Part shown: positions 9,439-19,530 of the stretch, in pieces
How the letters are laid out: each line of letters starts with the position of its first letter
Position numbering within the stretch: position 1 is the stretch's first letter
From: Pseudomonadota bacterium
Lineage (GTDB): Bacteria; Desulfobacterota; Desulfovibrionia; Desulfovibrionales; Desulfovibrionaceae
Assembly (NCBI GenBank): GCA_023399375.1
Contig: JAEWPX010000048.1
Coordinates: 25,319 to 89,318, forward strand
Direction of reading: 5' to 3'
Length of the DNA stretch: 64,000 nucleotides
The notes under the pieces: model-generated
The model's input: only the letters and a program-made list of their open reading frames with translations
Database searches by the model: none
What the model was told of the DNA's origin: nothing
Translations under genes and position numbers: made by a program

Positions 9439-11218
9439 GTCCGTTCCCGAATGGTTGCTGGTGCAGGGGGATGGTCAGGATAAAGGTCGCGCCGACGCCC
9501 GGCCGGCTTTCGGCCGTGACCGTTCCCCCATGACGTTCGACGCTTTTCTTGACAATGGCCAGGCCGATGCCCGTACCGGGAAATCTGCTGCGGCCGTGCA
9601 GCCGCTGAAACGGCTGAAAGATTCTGTCCAGATACTGCTCCTCGAAGCCGATGCCATTGTCCGCGACCGTGATCCTGGCCCATTCCCGGTCATTTTGAAT
9701 GATGACCGCGCCGTCCACGGCGATGCGCGGCGCGGCCTCGCCGTGGAACTTGAGGGCGTTGGAAAAGAAATTCTGGAAGGTGCGGCGCATCTGCGACGCA
9801 TCGACATCGGCCGTGGGCAGGGCCGCCACCACGATTTCCCCCCCGGAATCCATGAATGACGCTTCGAGGTCGGCGGCGGCTTCCCGGGCAAGCTGGCCGA
9901 GGTCCGTGGGGACGAAGGGGTTGGGTCGGGTGGTGATGCGGGAATATTCCAGCAGATCGAGGATGAGGGTGTTCATCCGGTCGACCGCGCTTTCCATCCG
10001 GCGCAGGTAGTCCTGTCCCGTTGCGTCGAGATGATCGGCGCTGTTTTCGCGAAGCCGTTCTCCGAATGCCTTGATCTTGCGCAACGGCTCCTGCAGGTCA
10101 TGGGAGGCCATAGCCGCGAAGTCCTCCAGTTCCCGGTTGCTGCGCTCCAGGTTGGCAGTGCGATCCACGAGCAGACTTGAGGCTTCCTCCAGCGCCTGGC
10201 CCACCGCATCCGTCTCCTCAAGGCCGTACGCGCCGGGAGCAACCACTTGGCCGGCGGCCAGTCCCCGGGCCGGCGTGATCAGAGCCCAGATGGAGCGGGA
10301 GATGCTGCGGCCGATGTACACGGCCAGGACCACACCGGCGACGGAGAGCAAGGTCGTGCCGGCCACGGCCCACAGAAGCCAGTGGCGCAGGCCCTTCCAG
10401 ACAACGGCCTTGGGCACGTGGAGGACCACCGCCCAGTTGGTCTTGGGGGAACGGCTCAGGCAGGCCAGAGAGGGGACCTTCTCCAGGTTGAGGAATTCCT
10501 TGATGTAGTCCCCGGCCCCCGGGTTTCCGAGGAGGGGCGGTATCTGCTTGCCCACATACTGTTGCGGGGTCAGGGTGCGGTAGATGACCGTCCGATCGCG
10601 GTCCATGAGCAGGCCCACCCAGCCCGAGGGCAGGGGATAGCGCTCCAGGATGGTCACGATGCGGTCCGTGGGCAAGGTCATGCCCAGGTCGTAGCGGACC
10701 TGCCCGTCGCGGATGACGGGGACGTCCACGCTGATCAGGAAGCGCCCGGTGATGGCCCCCTTGAACAGGCCGCTGACGTCCGGCTCGCCTTGCTCGAACA
10801 CACGCCGCACGCTGGCGTGGGCATTGCGCTTCGGCAGGGGCGTGCCGGGAGCGCGGTAGGAATTGACGAGTTGTTGGCCTGTCGCGTCCGCCAGGATGAT
10901 GTCCGCTCCGGGATAGTTTCGCAGGAACAATTTGGCTTGGTGGTAGAAAGCGCTATATTCCCCTGCATCCAGGGCAGGAGAAGTGGCCAGCGCCAGCAGT
11001 GCGGCCTGGATGGTCTCGATCTCCTGGTCCACGGTCCGAATCTGGTTCCGGGCGTACTCCAGCAACTGCGCTTCGACATTCTGTTTTTTCTCCTGGTATG
11101 CGCGATAGACAAGAGAACCCGCGGCCAGCCAGACGGGCACGACGCAGGCGAGCACCAGGCAGGCGAGCCTGAATCGAATGAAGCGCCAGTGTCGCAAAGA
11201 GGCCAAAAGCATTGTCAC
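9425..11218 (-). CDS. membrane sensor histidine kinase (periplasmic Cache-like domain, HAMP, HisKA, HATPase)
   Basis: Two TM helices flank a ~270-aa periplasmic region. H-box '[19 protein letters not shown]', plus '[10 protein letters not shown]' and '[11 protein letters not shown]'. Confidence 0.9.
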   Translation of the reverse strand: MTMLLASLRHWRFIRFRLACLVLACVVPVWLAAGSLVYRAYQEKKQNVEAQLLEYARNQIRTVDQEIETIQAALLALATSPALDAGEYSAFYHQAKLFLRNYPGADIILADATGQQLVNSYRAPGTPLPKRNAHASVRRVFEQGEPDVSGLFKGAITGRFLISVDVPVIRDGQVRYDLGMTLPTDRIVTILERYPLPSGWVGLLMDRDRTVIYRTLTPQQYVGKQIPPLLGNPGAGDYIKEFLNLEKVPSLACLSRSPKTNWAVVLHVPKAVVWKGLRHWLLWAVAGTTLLSVAGVVLAVYIGRSISRSIWALITPARGLAAGQVVAPGAYGLEETDAVGQALEEASSLLVDRTANLERSNRELEDFAAMASHDLQEPLRKIKAFGERLRENSADHLDATGQDYLRRMESAVDRMNTLILDLLEYSRITTRPNPFVPTDLGQLAREAAADLEASFMDSGGEIVVAALPTADVDASQMRRTFQNFFSNALKFHGEAAPRIAVDGAVIIQNDREWARITVADNGIGFEEQYLDRIFQPFQRLHGRSRFPGTGIGLAIVKKSVERHGGTVTAESRPGVGATFILTIPLHQQPFGNGHAHG

Positions 11219-11225
11219 ACCCCCC

Positions 11226-13826
11226 TCAGGCCTGTTGTCTCACTGGCAATGTGATGGTGAAGCACGCGCCCTGCCCGGGTGTGCTTGAGGCCGTGACCGT
11301 CCCCCCGTGCCGTTCGACGACCTTGCGCACGATGGCCAGGCCGATACCCGTGCCTTCGTAGGCTTTTTTCCCATGCAGGCGCTGGAAGGGCTGGAAAATC
11401 TTCTCCTTGTACCGGGCGTCGAAGCCGATGCCGTTGTCCCGGATCGAAAGAGCGGCCATCTGACGGCCGTTTGCGGTGACGCGCGCGCCGCTGATGCGCA
11501 CCCGCAGCGGCGCTTGCCCACGGTACTTGAGGGCGTTGGAAATAAGGTTCTGGAAGAGCTGGCGCATGAGCGCGCTGTCGACGTCCGCCTGGGGCAGCTC
11601 CTCGATTTCGATGACGCCGCCGGCCTGGGCCAGCGCATGGTCGAAATCCTGGGCCGCCTGGCGGGCGAGCTCGCCGAGATCGGCCGCGGCAAAGGCATGC
11701 TCTCCCATGGACACCTGCGAGTAATCGAGCAGGTCGCCGATGAGGGTCTGCATCCGCGCGGCCGCGTTTTCCATACGGCACAAATAGTCCCTGCCCGTTT
11801 CCCCCAGCGCGGCGGCGTATTCCAGGCGCAGGCGCTCCCCGAAAACACGGACCTTGCGTAATGGTTCCTGCAGGTCGTGGGAGGTGATGAAGCTGAAGTT
11901 CTCCAGTTCCGCGTTCCTGGCCTCAAGCTCTATCGTGCGTTCCCTGACCCGGACCTCCAGCGCGTCGCGCGCCTGCCGGACCAGCTCCTCGGCGCGCTTG
12001 CGCTCGGTGATGTCCTTGGTCACGGTGAGCACGTGGGTCTCCCCATCGATCTCCATGGGTTCGATGGAAAGCAAAGCGCTTTTGATTTCCCCGGTCCTGG
12101 TCCGCAGGCGCACCTCGCAATCGGATATCCGATCCTTGGCCCGCAAACGCTCCCGGATGCGCTCCCGGCTGTCCGGATCGTCCCAGATGCCGAGCTCCAG
12201 CGTGGTTTTCCCGATGAGTTCGTCCGAGGCGTAACCCATGAGTTGGAGATAGGCGTCATTGGCGTACACGAAGCGGGCGGCGTCGAAGGACAGGATGGCC
12301 ATGGGCGCGGGGCTGGCCTGGAAGACCATGGTGAACTGCCTGTCGCGCGCCTGCAGCGCCTGCTGCGCCAGTTTGCGCTCGGTGATGTCCTCACTGGAAA
12401 CCACGATCCCGCCGACCGCCTGGGTGGTCGTGTACCAGGGCCGCACTTCCCAACGCAGCCATTGGACGGTGCCATCGGCGCGCCTCAAGGGGTCCTCCTC
12501 GGCCCGCTCCACGGCCCCGGCCAGGCAACGCGCATGGATAACCTTCCAGCGCTGGGGGGTCTCCGGAAAGATGTCGTAATGGCTCTGGCCGAGCAGTTCG
12601 CGTCCGGTCAGGCCATAGTCGGTGATCCAGCGCCGGCTGACGGCCACGTAGCGCATTTGCCGGTCGAACATGGCGATGTCAGCCGGTGCGTGCTCGATAA
12701 AAAGGCGCAGCAGTTCCTCTCGCTCGCGCAGTTCCTCTTCCAGGCGCTTTTGCTGCGAAATGTCGGTATTGGTGCCGAACCACTGGAGCACCTTGCCCGC
12801 AGCGTCGCACAGGGGGTTGACCCGGGTCAGGAAGGGGCGGAAGAGGCCATCGGCCCCGCGCAGGGGGAAAACCATGTCAAAAGGTTCGCCCGTGGCGATG
12901 GAAATCTTCCACTTCTCCCGCACGGCGGGAAGCACGGCCGGATCGTGCACCTGCTGCCACCCCCAGCCCCGCATTTGATTCGGAGTGGTCCCGGTGTAGG
13001 CGTACCAGCGGTCGTTGTACCAGTAGATGTGGCCGTCGGCCCGGGCGATCCAGGCCAATTGCGGGATGGCGTTGGCCAGCATCCGGAATTTTTCCTCGCT
13101 CTCGTCGAGTTCCCTGGTGCGCTGCGTGACGCGCTGCGTCAGCGTCCGGCCGATGGCGCGCAGCTCCTCGTTGGCCTGGCGCTGGGAAAGGGCCAGGGCC
13201 AGGTGGCGGGCGATCAATTCCAGGCCGCGCAGCAGTTGCGGCGTGAACATGTCCCGGCGCTTGTCCTCGAGCTGGAGCAGGCCGTAGGTCGTGGCGTCGC
13301 AACGCAAGGGGATAAGCGCCGAGGATTCGTAGCCCGAGGCAAGGCAATTGCCCCGGATCCGGTCGAGCAGCTCCGGTCGCCGTCGCACCAGCTCGCTGTT
13401 GGCATTGCTCCAGAAGCTACCGTATTCGCTGAAAAAAGGCTCGCGACGATCGATCCTGCCCTGCAGAACCATGCCGCAGGCGCATTCGAGCAGGGGCTCG
13501 CCGTTGCGGTCCACAGCGGCCGGTCCGTGCCCCCCCCTGGGGCAAAGGCTGTTTTCCAGTCGGATGAAGTCCTCGGAGAACCCTCTGGTCTGGAAGTACG
13601 GGAAGTCATTGCCTTCACGCAGCCGCAGGCCCACGGCATCGAATCCAGTTTCCCGGGCGATGCGGGTCACGATCTCCCGCAGCAGGTCGGGTGTGGCTGT
13701 CTCCGCCTTGATGCAATCAAGCGCTGCAGCAGTCAGGCGATCAAGCGGCTCGCGCTGGGCCAGTTCCCGTCGCAGCAGCTCCATTTCCCGGACAAGTGCC
13801 GCACGGTCCGTTTCGTCCGCGTTCAT
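11226..13826 (-). CDS. cytoplasmic GAF/PAS multi-domain sensor histidine kinase
   Basis: GAF-like N-terminus, about three PAS repeats, H-box '[19 protein letters not shown]', 'DNGIGFDARY' and '[11 protein letters not shown]'. The ORF is open to 13952, but ATG 13826 (MNADETD..) avoids overlap with the receiver gene that ends at 13889. Confidence 0.85.
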   Translation of the reverse strand: MNADETDRAALVREMELLRRELAQREPLDRLTAAALDCIKAETATPDLLREIVTRIARETGFDAVGLRLREGNDFPYFQTRGFSEDFIRLENSLCPRGGHGPAAVDRNGEPLLECACGMVLQGRIDRREPFFSEYGSFWSNANSELVRRRPELLDRIRGNCLASGYESSALIPLRCDATTYGLLQLEDKRRDMFTPQLLRGLELIARHLALALSQRQANEELRAIGRTLTQRVTQRTRELDESEEKFRMLANAIPQLAWIARADGHIYWYNDRWYAYTGTTPNQMRGWGWQQVHDPAVLPAVREKWKISIATGEPFDMVFPLRGADGLFRPFLTRVNPLCDAAGKVLQWFGTNTDISQQKRLEEELREREELLRLFIEHAPADIAMFDRQMRYVAVSRRWITDYGLTGRELLGQSHYDIFPETPQRWKVIHARCLAGAVERAEEDPLRRADGTVQWLRWEVRPWYTTTQAVGGIVVSSEDITERKLAQQALQARDRQFTMVFQASPAPMAILSFDAARFVYANDAYLQLMGYASDELIGKTTLELGIWDDPDSRERIRERLRAKDRISDCEVRLRTRTGEIKSALLSIEPMEIDGETHVLTVTKDITERKRAEELVRQARDALEVRVRERTIELEARNAELENFSFITSHDLQEPLRKVRVFGERLRLEYAAALGETGRDYLCRMENAAARMQTLIGDLLDYSQVSMGEHAFAAADLGELARQAAQDFDHALAQAGGVIEIEELPQADVDSALMRQLFQNLISNALKYRGQAPLRVRISGARVTANGRQMAALSIRDNGIGFDARYKEKIFQPFQRLHGKKAYEGTGIGLAIVRKVVERHGGTVTASSTPGQGACFTITLPVRQQA

Positions 13827-13888
13827 GCTCTCCTGCCCATGCCTGGGGTTCGGTTCCCGTTGACCGCCGTTTCCGCCACGCCCGGCCG

Positions 13889-14338
13889 CTATCGCGCGGG
13901 CAGCCTGACGATCTGGAACCAGTACTCTCCGAACTTGCTCACCACCTCGCACATGCTCTGGAAGGTCACGGGCTTGGTGATGAAGCAGTTCGCTCCGTCC
14001 TGGTAGCTGCGGCTGATGTCGGCATGCGTTTGGGACGTGGTAAGGATGATGACGGGAATATCCTTGAGCATCTGGTCGTTTTTGATTTCCTTGAGAGCCT
14101 CGCGGCCATCCATGCGGGGCATGTTAAGATCAAGGAGGATGATGTCCGGGCGGGGGGATTGCTCCGGATCGGCGAAGGCGCCCCGGCGCCGGAGATAATT
14201 CATGAGCTCTACGCCGTCTTCCACGACGCGCAGGTCGTTGGAAAGCTTCGATCGTTGGAAGGAATCCCTGACAAGAACCACATCGTCTTCGTCGTCATCG
14301 GCCAGCAAAATGACGGCGGACTTGGTTGCGGTGCACAT
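13889..14338 (-). CDS. stand-alone response-regulator receiver protein (CheY-like)
   Basis: 'ILLADDDEDDV', 'IILLDLNMPRMDG', 'VIILTTS' and 'ITKP'. No output domain. Confidence 0.9.
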   Translation of the reverse strand: MCTATKSAVILLADDDEDDVVLVRDSFQRSKLSNDLRVVEDGVELMNYLRRRGAFADPEQSPRPDIILLDLNMPRMDGREALKEIKNDQMLKDIPVIILTTSQTHADISRSYQDGANCFITKPVTFQSMCEVVSKFGEYWFQIVRLPAR

Positions 14339-14904
14339 GGTTTCGCGCTCCCGGTTTTCGTAAGCTTACCAGAAATACCGCCCCGTTGCCAACCACTCCC
14401 GATTCGTTTGCGCATCCTGACGGTTGGTTGGCTTCATGCCACGCGCCGTCAAAATAAACAGAGGCATAGGCTTATACGGCAAACCTCTATAGTTAATGCA
14501 CAATCCGAACAACCCCTTGCAGTTGGAGAAAATGGCTCCTGGAAAGAAGCCTCCCGACAAAAAGCGGCCCACCTCCGAAGAAACGGCCTCGGCCACCCAG
14601 TTCCAAGGACGGCGGGTTCCACCTTTCCGCCAAGACACGCACGCGGCGCTCTAGCATGTCCACCGCTCCCTTGGCCCAAAGGGCATGCCACAATACCAGG
14701 GATTCGCTCGACAACCTGTTCGAGGCACGGCCCTGCCAGCGCAGGGCCCGTCCCCTAAGAAACAAGCCGTTTTCCCTGTTTTTCTTGTCCGAACGCTCCC
14801 GCCTGTGCTATCGTGTTTTCATGGAAGAGAAGCATTGGATCCGGACTTCAAGCCGCGTATCGCCGCACCGCCGACGCTGTCAGCCGATGCAGGGAGGCTC
14901 CCCC

Positions 14905-16137
14905 ATGCTCCAGTTTCCGAGCAGTCGAAGCCCACATCGCTCCTGGGCATATTGCATCGTGCACGTCGTCGGGTTGCTCGCGCTGCTCGTGCTCACCGCT
15001 TCGCCGACCGTGCCCGCGCTTGCCGCCCCACCCGCCAACGAGACGTCCAGGCCGTCCGGATCGGTCGCATGGTCGTTCGACAAGGTCGGTCTCAAAGGCG
15101 TGCTCTACCCCTCGCTGATGCTCAACATCGCCAAGATGAAACTCGACATGCAGCACAACGACGACGAATTGGGGGATCGCAACGGCCTTTTCGGCGTCGC
15201 AGTGACCGCCCCCCGCGCCGGGGCCAAAGCGGTCGTGGAGATGCGCGCCTCCTCGCCTCTGGTCAATCCCGGCCGGGCGGATGTGACGCTATCCCGCAAG
15301 GGCAAGGTCTATCACATCTATCCGTTTCTCACCTTCGCCGATCCGATCACCCTGGTGAAACAGCCCGTGCGGGTGACCATGACCGCCACATTGTGGCTGG
15401 ACGGCGTGCCCCAGGGAGAACGCAGCGCCCAAGTCACCATCGCCTCGGCCAACGACTGCGTGCACAGCTTCGAGGACGACGACGAGTATTACGACACGGA
15501 CTGGCTCTATGCCGCCTATGTCAACGAGAACCATCCGGTGGTGCAGCAAATATTGCGGGAGGCCCTGGCGACGGGAGAAGTCGCGTCGTTTCCGGGCTAC
15601 CAGACGGATGCCGGGGGCGTGCGCAGGCAGGTGAAGGCGGTCTGGCAGGCGCTGCGCCGGCGCGGCATCCGCTATTCGAGCATCAAAACGCCCTCGGTCA
15701 AACCCAGGGACGTCGGCGTGCAGCACGTGCGGCTCATCAGCGAGGCGCTCGCCGGCAGGCAGGCCAATTGCGTGGAGGGCAGTTGCCTACTGGCTTCGAT
15801 CTTCTACAGGATAGGCCTGGAAACGGCGCTGGTTTCGCTGCCCGAGCACATGCTCGTCAGCGTCGCGCTCGATCCCGGCGGCAAGCGGCAATTGTACCTG
15901 GAAACCACCATGCTCGACGATTCCTCCTTCGAGGAAGCCCTGGAATCCGGCGAGGAACAGGTCGCCGAGGCCTATGAAAATGCACGCAAGGCCGCGGCGC
16001 GAAAAAAAGCCGGCAAGGAGGATGACGACGAGGACGAGGAACCGGTCATCATCTCCATACGCGAGATGCGCAAAGCCGGCGTCCTGGCGATACCGGACCG
16101 CGACGCGTCGCGCCAACAGTTCTTCCAGGTCAAATAG
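14905..16137 (+). CDS. secreted/membrane-anchored hypothetical protein with a possible transglutaminase-like Cys-His core
   Basis: ATG 14905 is preceded by AGGGAGG (14891-14897). N-terminal hydrophobic signal/anchor 'IVHVVGLLALLVLTASP'. 'ANCVEGSCLLASIFYRIGLETALVSLPEHMLVSVALD' resembles a transglutaminase-fold C...H...D arrangement. Acidic/Lys-rich C-terminal stretch. Confidence 0.6.
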   Translation: MLQFPSSRSPHRSWAYCIVHVVGLLALLVLTASPTVPALAAPPANETSRPSGSVAWSFDKVGLKGVLYPSLMLNIAKMKLDMQHNDDELGDRNGLFGVAVTAPRAGAKAVVEMRASSPLVNPGRADVTLSRKGKVYHIYPFLTFADPITLVKQPVRVTMTATLWLDGVPQGERSAQVTIASANDCVHSFEDDDEYYDTDWLYAAYVNENHPVVQQILREALATGEVASFPGYQTDAGGVRRQVKAVWQALRRRGIRYSSIKTPSVKPRDVGVQHVRLISEALAGRQANCVEGSCLLASIFYRIGLETALVSLPEHMLVSVALDPGGKRQLYLETTMLDDSSFEEALESGEEQVAEAYENARKAAARKKAGKEDDDEDEEPVIISIREMRKAGVLAIPDRDASRQQFFQVK

Positions 16138-16230
16138 TCTGGCGCAGATTGCAGATTGTTCAGGATGCCTTGTCCGGACGCCGGCGACGCATTATACAGG
16201 CGATCGAGAAGACAGCATTGGAGGCATCCC

Positions 16231-16545
16231 ATGGGTTTATTCGAGCCGATCCACCTCATCGTCATCCTCGTGATCGCCCTTGTCATCTTTGGCCCGGGCA
16301 AGATCGGCGACCTCGGCGCGACCCTCGGCAGGTCGATACGGGATTTCAAAAAGGCCATGAACGAGGAGCCTTCCCCCGACCCTGTCCCCAACGTGCAGAC
16401 CGCAACGCTCCAGGCCGCTCCTACGGCGCAGCAGGCTGCAACCGCCGTTTCGCCGGACGCCCCGGCGGCGCAGGCGTCCGCGCAACCGCATGCCGCGTCT
16501 GCCGAAGCTGCGGCGAAAACACCCGACGCCCCGGCCTCCGTGTGA
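16231..16545 (+). CDS. tatA: twin-arginine translocase subunit TatA/E
   Basis: 'MGLFEPIHLIVILVIALVIFGPGKIGDLGATLGRSIRDFKKAM' is the canonical TatA TM helix plus amphipathic helix. GGAGG lies 8 nt upstream of ATG 16231. Confidence 0.9.
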   Translation: MGLFEPIHLIVILVIALVIFGPGKIGDLGATLGRSIRDFKKAMNEEPSPDPVPNVQTATLQAAPTAQQAATAVSPDAPAAQASAQPHAASAEAAAKTPDAPASV

Positions 16546-16852
16546 CCTTTCCCGCAATCTGACATCGCCCGCCGGCCGCCCCAGGAGATCGGACGCCGCC
16601 ACAACGCGTCCTTCCCGGCGGCCGTTGCGGGCCTGCGCCAAGCGCCGCCCACGCCCGCCGTCCATACGCAGGCCGCCGAAGCCCTGCCGGGCGCATTGCC
16701 TTTGCCGCGATTATGCTCTAGCCAGGGAACCTGTTCAAAAGAAAAAACATTTCCTGCGCGGGCGCATCGAACGGTCCGTGGTGGTCCGCCGCAGCGGCCA
16801 GGGAACGCCGTGGCGTACGGCTCCCCGAGCCCCGGCGGGGAGGAGGCATCGC

Positions 16853-18076
16853 ATGCACGGGCGCGTCCTGCTGCTCGGCGCGGGCGGCACAGGGGTCATG
16901 GCGGCGTGCACCCTTTCCCCTTTCGACGCCGTCACCGGCCTGATCGTGGCCGATCCCGACCGTAATGCCGCCGCGCGCACGGCGCTGGCCTGCCGTGCCG
17001 ACGCCGAGGCCGCGGTCGTGGACGCCACGGACCATGCGTCGCTGGTCGGGCTCATGGGCCGGGCCGACGTGGTCCTCAACTGCCTGACCCCTTCTTCGCG
17101 CTTCGGCCTGCCGGTCCTTCGCGCCGCCATGGAGGCGGGCACGGACGTCCTCGACCTCTGCGACGACCCGGACGCCGCCTGCGCCATGCTGGACTGCGAC
17201 GCCGAAGCCCGGCGCGCGGGCGTGACCGCCGTGGTCGGCATGGGCGTCAGCAGCATGCTCGCGGCGTGCGTCGTCTCGCGCCTGGACGCGGTGGAGCGCC
17301 TCGTCGTCGGCTGGAACGTCGAGGAAGCGACCGACGCCCCACTCCCTTTTGCCGCGGACGCGGCGTATTGGATCACGCAGTGCACGGGCGCGATCCCGGA
17401 ATGCCGCGATGGCGCGCTGGCCGAAGGCGCGCCCCTGTCCGACCTCCCTATCGCCTACCCCGGCCGGGGCAGGCGCGTCCTTTACAGCGTCGGCCATCCC
17501 GAGGCCGTGACCTTCCATTATTCCTGGCCCGAGGTACGCGAGGCGCGTTGCGGCCTGGTCATGCCCTCGGCCTGGATCGGCCCGTTGCGCAAGCTGCGCG
17601 AGGAAGTGGATGCAGGCGCGCTGTCCGTGGAGAAAGCGGGAAAGAAGCTCGCCGCCAAAGCGACCGGAGACGACTGGCTCGAGGACCTTGTCGCGTCGCT
17701 GACGCACCTTGTGGACGGCCCCCGGCTGCCGCATTGCTTCGTGCTCGGCGAGGGCGTGCGGGACGGCGAAAAGCGCACCGTGGCCGCCTCGCTTGCGGCC
17801 ACGCCGCCGGATGCGGCGTCCCTGGCCGGCGTGCCGCTGGCGCTTGGGGCGCTGCTGCACCTGCGCGGCCAGATCCCGGAACCGGGCGTCATGGCCCCGG
17901 AGCGGGCGTTCGAACCCGAAGCGTTCTTTCGGCTGTTCGCACCCTACTGCACGCTGCCCGGCCCCTGCCCGGCCAACCGGCTCATCGCCATGGCCGAGGC
18001 CGAAACAGCGCAAGAAGCGACGCAAAAGCAACGAGACGAAAAAAAGAAATTTCTCCTCCCTGCCTCGTCCCAATAA
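16853..18076 (+). CDS. saccharopine dehydrogenase-like NAD(P)-binding protein
   Basis: Rossmann motif 'VLLLGAGGTGV' at the N-terminus, with the overall Sacchrp_dh layout. AGGAGG (16841-16846) precedes ATG 16853. Confidence 0.6.
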   Translation: MHGRVLLLGAGGTGVMAACTLSPFDAVTGLIVADPDRNAAARTALACRADAEAAVVDATDHASLVGLMGRADVVLNCLTPSSRFGLPVLRAAMEAGTDVLDLCDDPDAACAMLDCDAEARRAGVTAVVGMGVSSMLAACVVSRLDAVERLVVGWNVEEATDAPLPFAADAAYWITQCTGAIPECRDGALAEGAPLSDLPIAYPGRGRRVLYSVGHPEAVTFHYSWPEVREARCGLVMPSAWIGPLRKLREEVDAGALSVEKAGKKLAAKATGDDWLEDLVASLTHLVDGPRLPHCFVLGEGVRDGEKRTVAASLAATPPDAASLAGVPLALGALLHLRGQIPEPGVMAPERAFEPEAFFRLFAPYCTLPGPCPANRLIAMAEAETAQEATQKQRDEKKKFLLPASSQ

Positions 18077-18103
18077 CGCATTGCCTGCACGCGCCCTGCC
18101 CCG

Positions 18104-18186
18104 TCGGGGAGGTCCAGGAGGGGATCATCCCCTCCTGGCCGCCTGAGGCATCTTCCTCTTCTCTCCCCCCTCCGCTCTTTCCTCCC
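18104..18186 (-). repeat. intergenic repeat element, copy 1 (hairpin CCAGGAGGGG/CCCCTCCTGG plus polypurine tract)
   Basis: Shares the core GGTCCAGGAGGGG-N4-7-CCCCTCCTGGCCGCC(K)GAGGCA..CTTCC plus a C/T-rich tail with 26204-26282 and 62528-62605. It ends directly at the queC stop codon. Confidence 0.8.
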
Positions 18187-18885
18187 TTATCCCATATAAC
18201 GCGTCGGGTCGGGCAGGCCGGCTTCGTCGAAGCCTTTCCGGCGCAGCAAGCAGCTGTCGCAACGGCCGCAGGCGAGGCCTTCGGGCGAGGGGTCGTAGCA
18301 GGAGTGGGTCAGGCCGTAGTCCACGCCCAGGCGCGAGCCCAGGCTCACGATCTCGGCCTTGCTGAGCGCCAGCAGCGGCGTGTGGATGGCGATGCGCAGC
18401 CGCCCTTCCACGGCCTCCTTGACGGCCAGGTTGGCCATGGTCTCGAAGGCGCGCACGAACTCCGGCCGACAGTCGGGATAGCCGGAATAATCCAGGGCGT
18501 TGACGCCGATGAAGATGTCCTGCGCGCCAAGTACCTCGGCCCAGCCCAGGGCCATGGACAGGAAAATGGTGTTGCGCGCCGGCACGTAGGTGACCGGGAT
18601 GTCGGCCTCCATGGCGGCGGTGTCGCGGTCCTTGGGCACGGCGATGTCGGCCGTGAGCGCCGAGCCGCCGATGGCCCCGAGCGGCAGGGGCAGGATCAGG
18701 TGCGCGGCAACGTCCATGGCCCGCGCCACGCGTTTGGCCGCGTCGAGTTCCACCTTGTGCCGCTGGCCGTATTCGAAGCTCAGGGCGCAGGGCGCGAAGC
18801 CTTCGCTTTTGGCCACGGCCAGGCAGGTCGTGGAATCGAGGCCGCCGGAAAAAAGCACCACCGCCTTCTTGGGTTGCGTGGACAT
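18187..18885 (-). CDS. queC: 7-cyano-7-deazaguanine synthase QueC
   Basis: PP-loop '[12 protein letters not shown]' and the C-terminal zinc cluster '[10 protein letters not shown]'. Confidence 0.92.
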   Translation of the reverse strand: MSTQPKKAVVLFSGGLDSTTCLAVAKSEGFAPCALSFEYGQRHKVELDAAKRVARAMDVAAHLILPLPLGAIGGSALTADIAVPKDRDTAAMEADIPVTYVPARNTIFLSMALGWAEVLGAQDIFIGVNALDYSGYPDCRPEFVRAFETMANLAVKEAVEGRLRIAIHTPLLALSKAEIVSLGSRLGVDYGLTHSCYDPSPEGLACGRCDSCLLRRKGFDEAGLPDPTRYMG

Positions 18886-18894
18886 ACGCCCTCC

Positions 18895-19530
18895 TTACAC
18901 GCCCCGGGCGTCGGGGCTCCAGATGATCTTGTGCTGTTGCAGGGCCAGCCGCGCCCGCACCCTGTCCGCCACCATCCAGGCGGCCAGTTCCGCCGGGTCG
19001 AGCGCGCCGGGTACGGGCGAAAAATGGACCATGTGCGTGGCCCAGACGCGTCCGGCCACGTCCACGGCGAACCGGTAGTCCTCGCGCCCGGCGAGCACGA
19101 ACTTGACCTCGTCGCGCGGACGCAGCCTGTCCAGGTTGGCGTAATCGTTTTGCGCTTCCATGCCGCTGCCCGGGCACTTGACGTCGAGGATCGCGACCAC
19201 GCGCGGGTCGAGCACGGCGATGTCGCGGCTGCCATTGGTCTCGACCAGGACCGTGAGCCCTGCGTCGGCCAGGGCCGCGGCCAGGGCCGGCGTTTCTGTG
19301 GCGAGCAGCGGCTCGCCGCCCGTCAGCTCGACCAGCGGGAGGCCGAAGGCGCAAAGCGCGCGCATGGCCGCGTCCACGGACATTTCCGTGTACGACTCCA
19401 AGGCGTAGCGCGTGTCGCACCAGCGGCAGGACAGATTGCAGCCGGACAGGCGCAAAAAGGCGCAGGGCCAGCCGGCGAAGCTCGATTCGCCCTGGATGCT
19501 GGCGAATAACTCGTGAACCTTGAGGCTCAC
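18895..19530 (-). CDS. queE: 7-carboxy-7-deazaguanine synthase QueE (radical SAM)
   Basis: 'ELFASIQGESSFAGWPCAFLRLSGCNLSCRWCDT' is the QueE CX14CX2C-type cluster region. The GTG start at 19530 overlaps the queD stop (GTGA). Confidence 0.88.
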   Translation of the reverse strand: MSLKVHELFASIQGESSFAGWPCAFLRLSGCNLSCRWCDTRYALESYTEMSVDAAMRALCAFGLPLVELTGGEPLLATETPALAAALADAGLTVLVETNGSRDIAVLDPRVVAILDVKCPGSGMEAQNDYANLDRLRPRDEVKFVLAGREDYRFAVDVAGRVWATHMVHFSPVPGALDPAELAAWMVADRVRARLALQQHKIIWSPDARGV

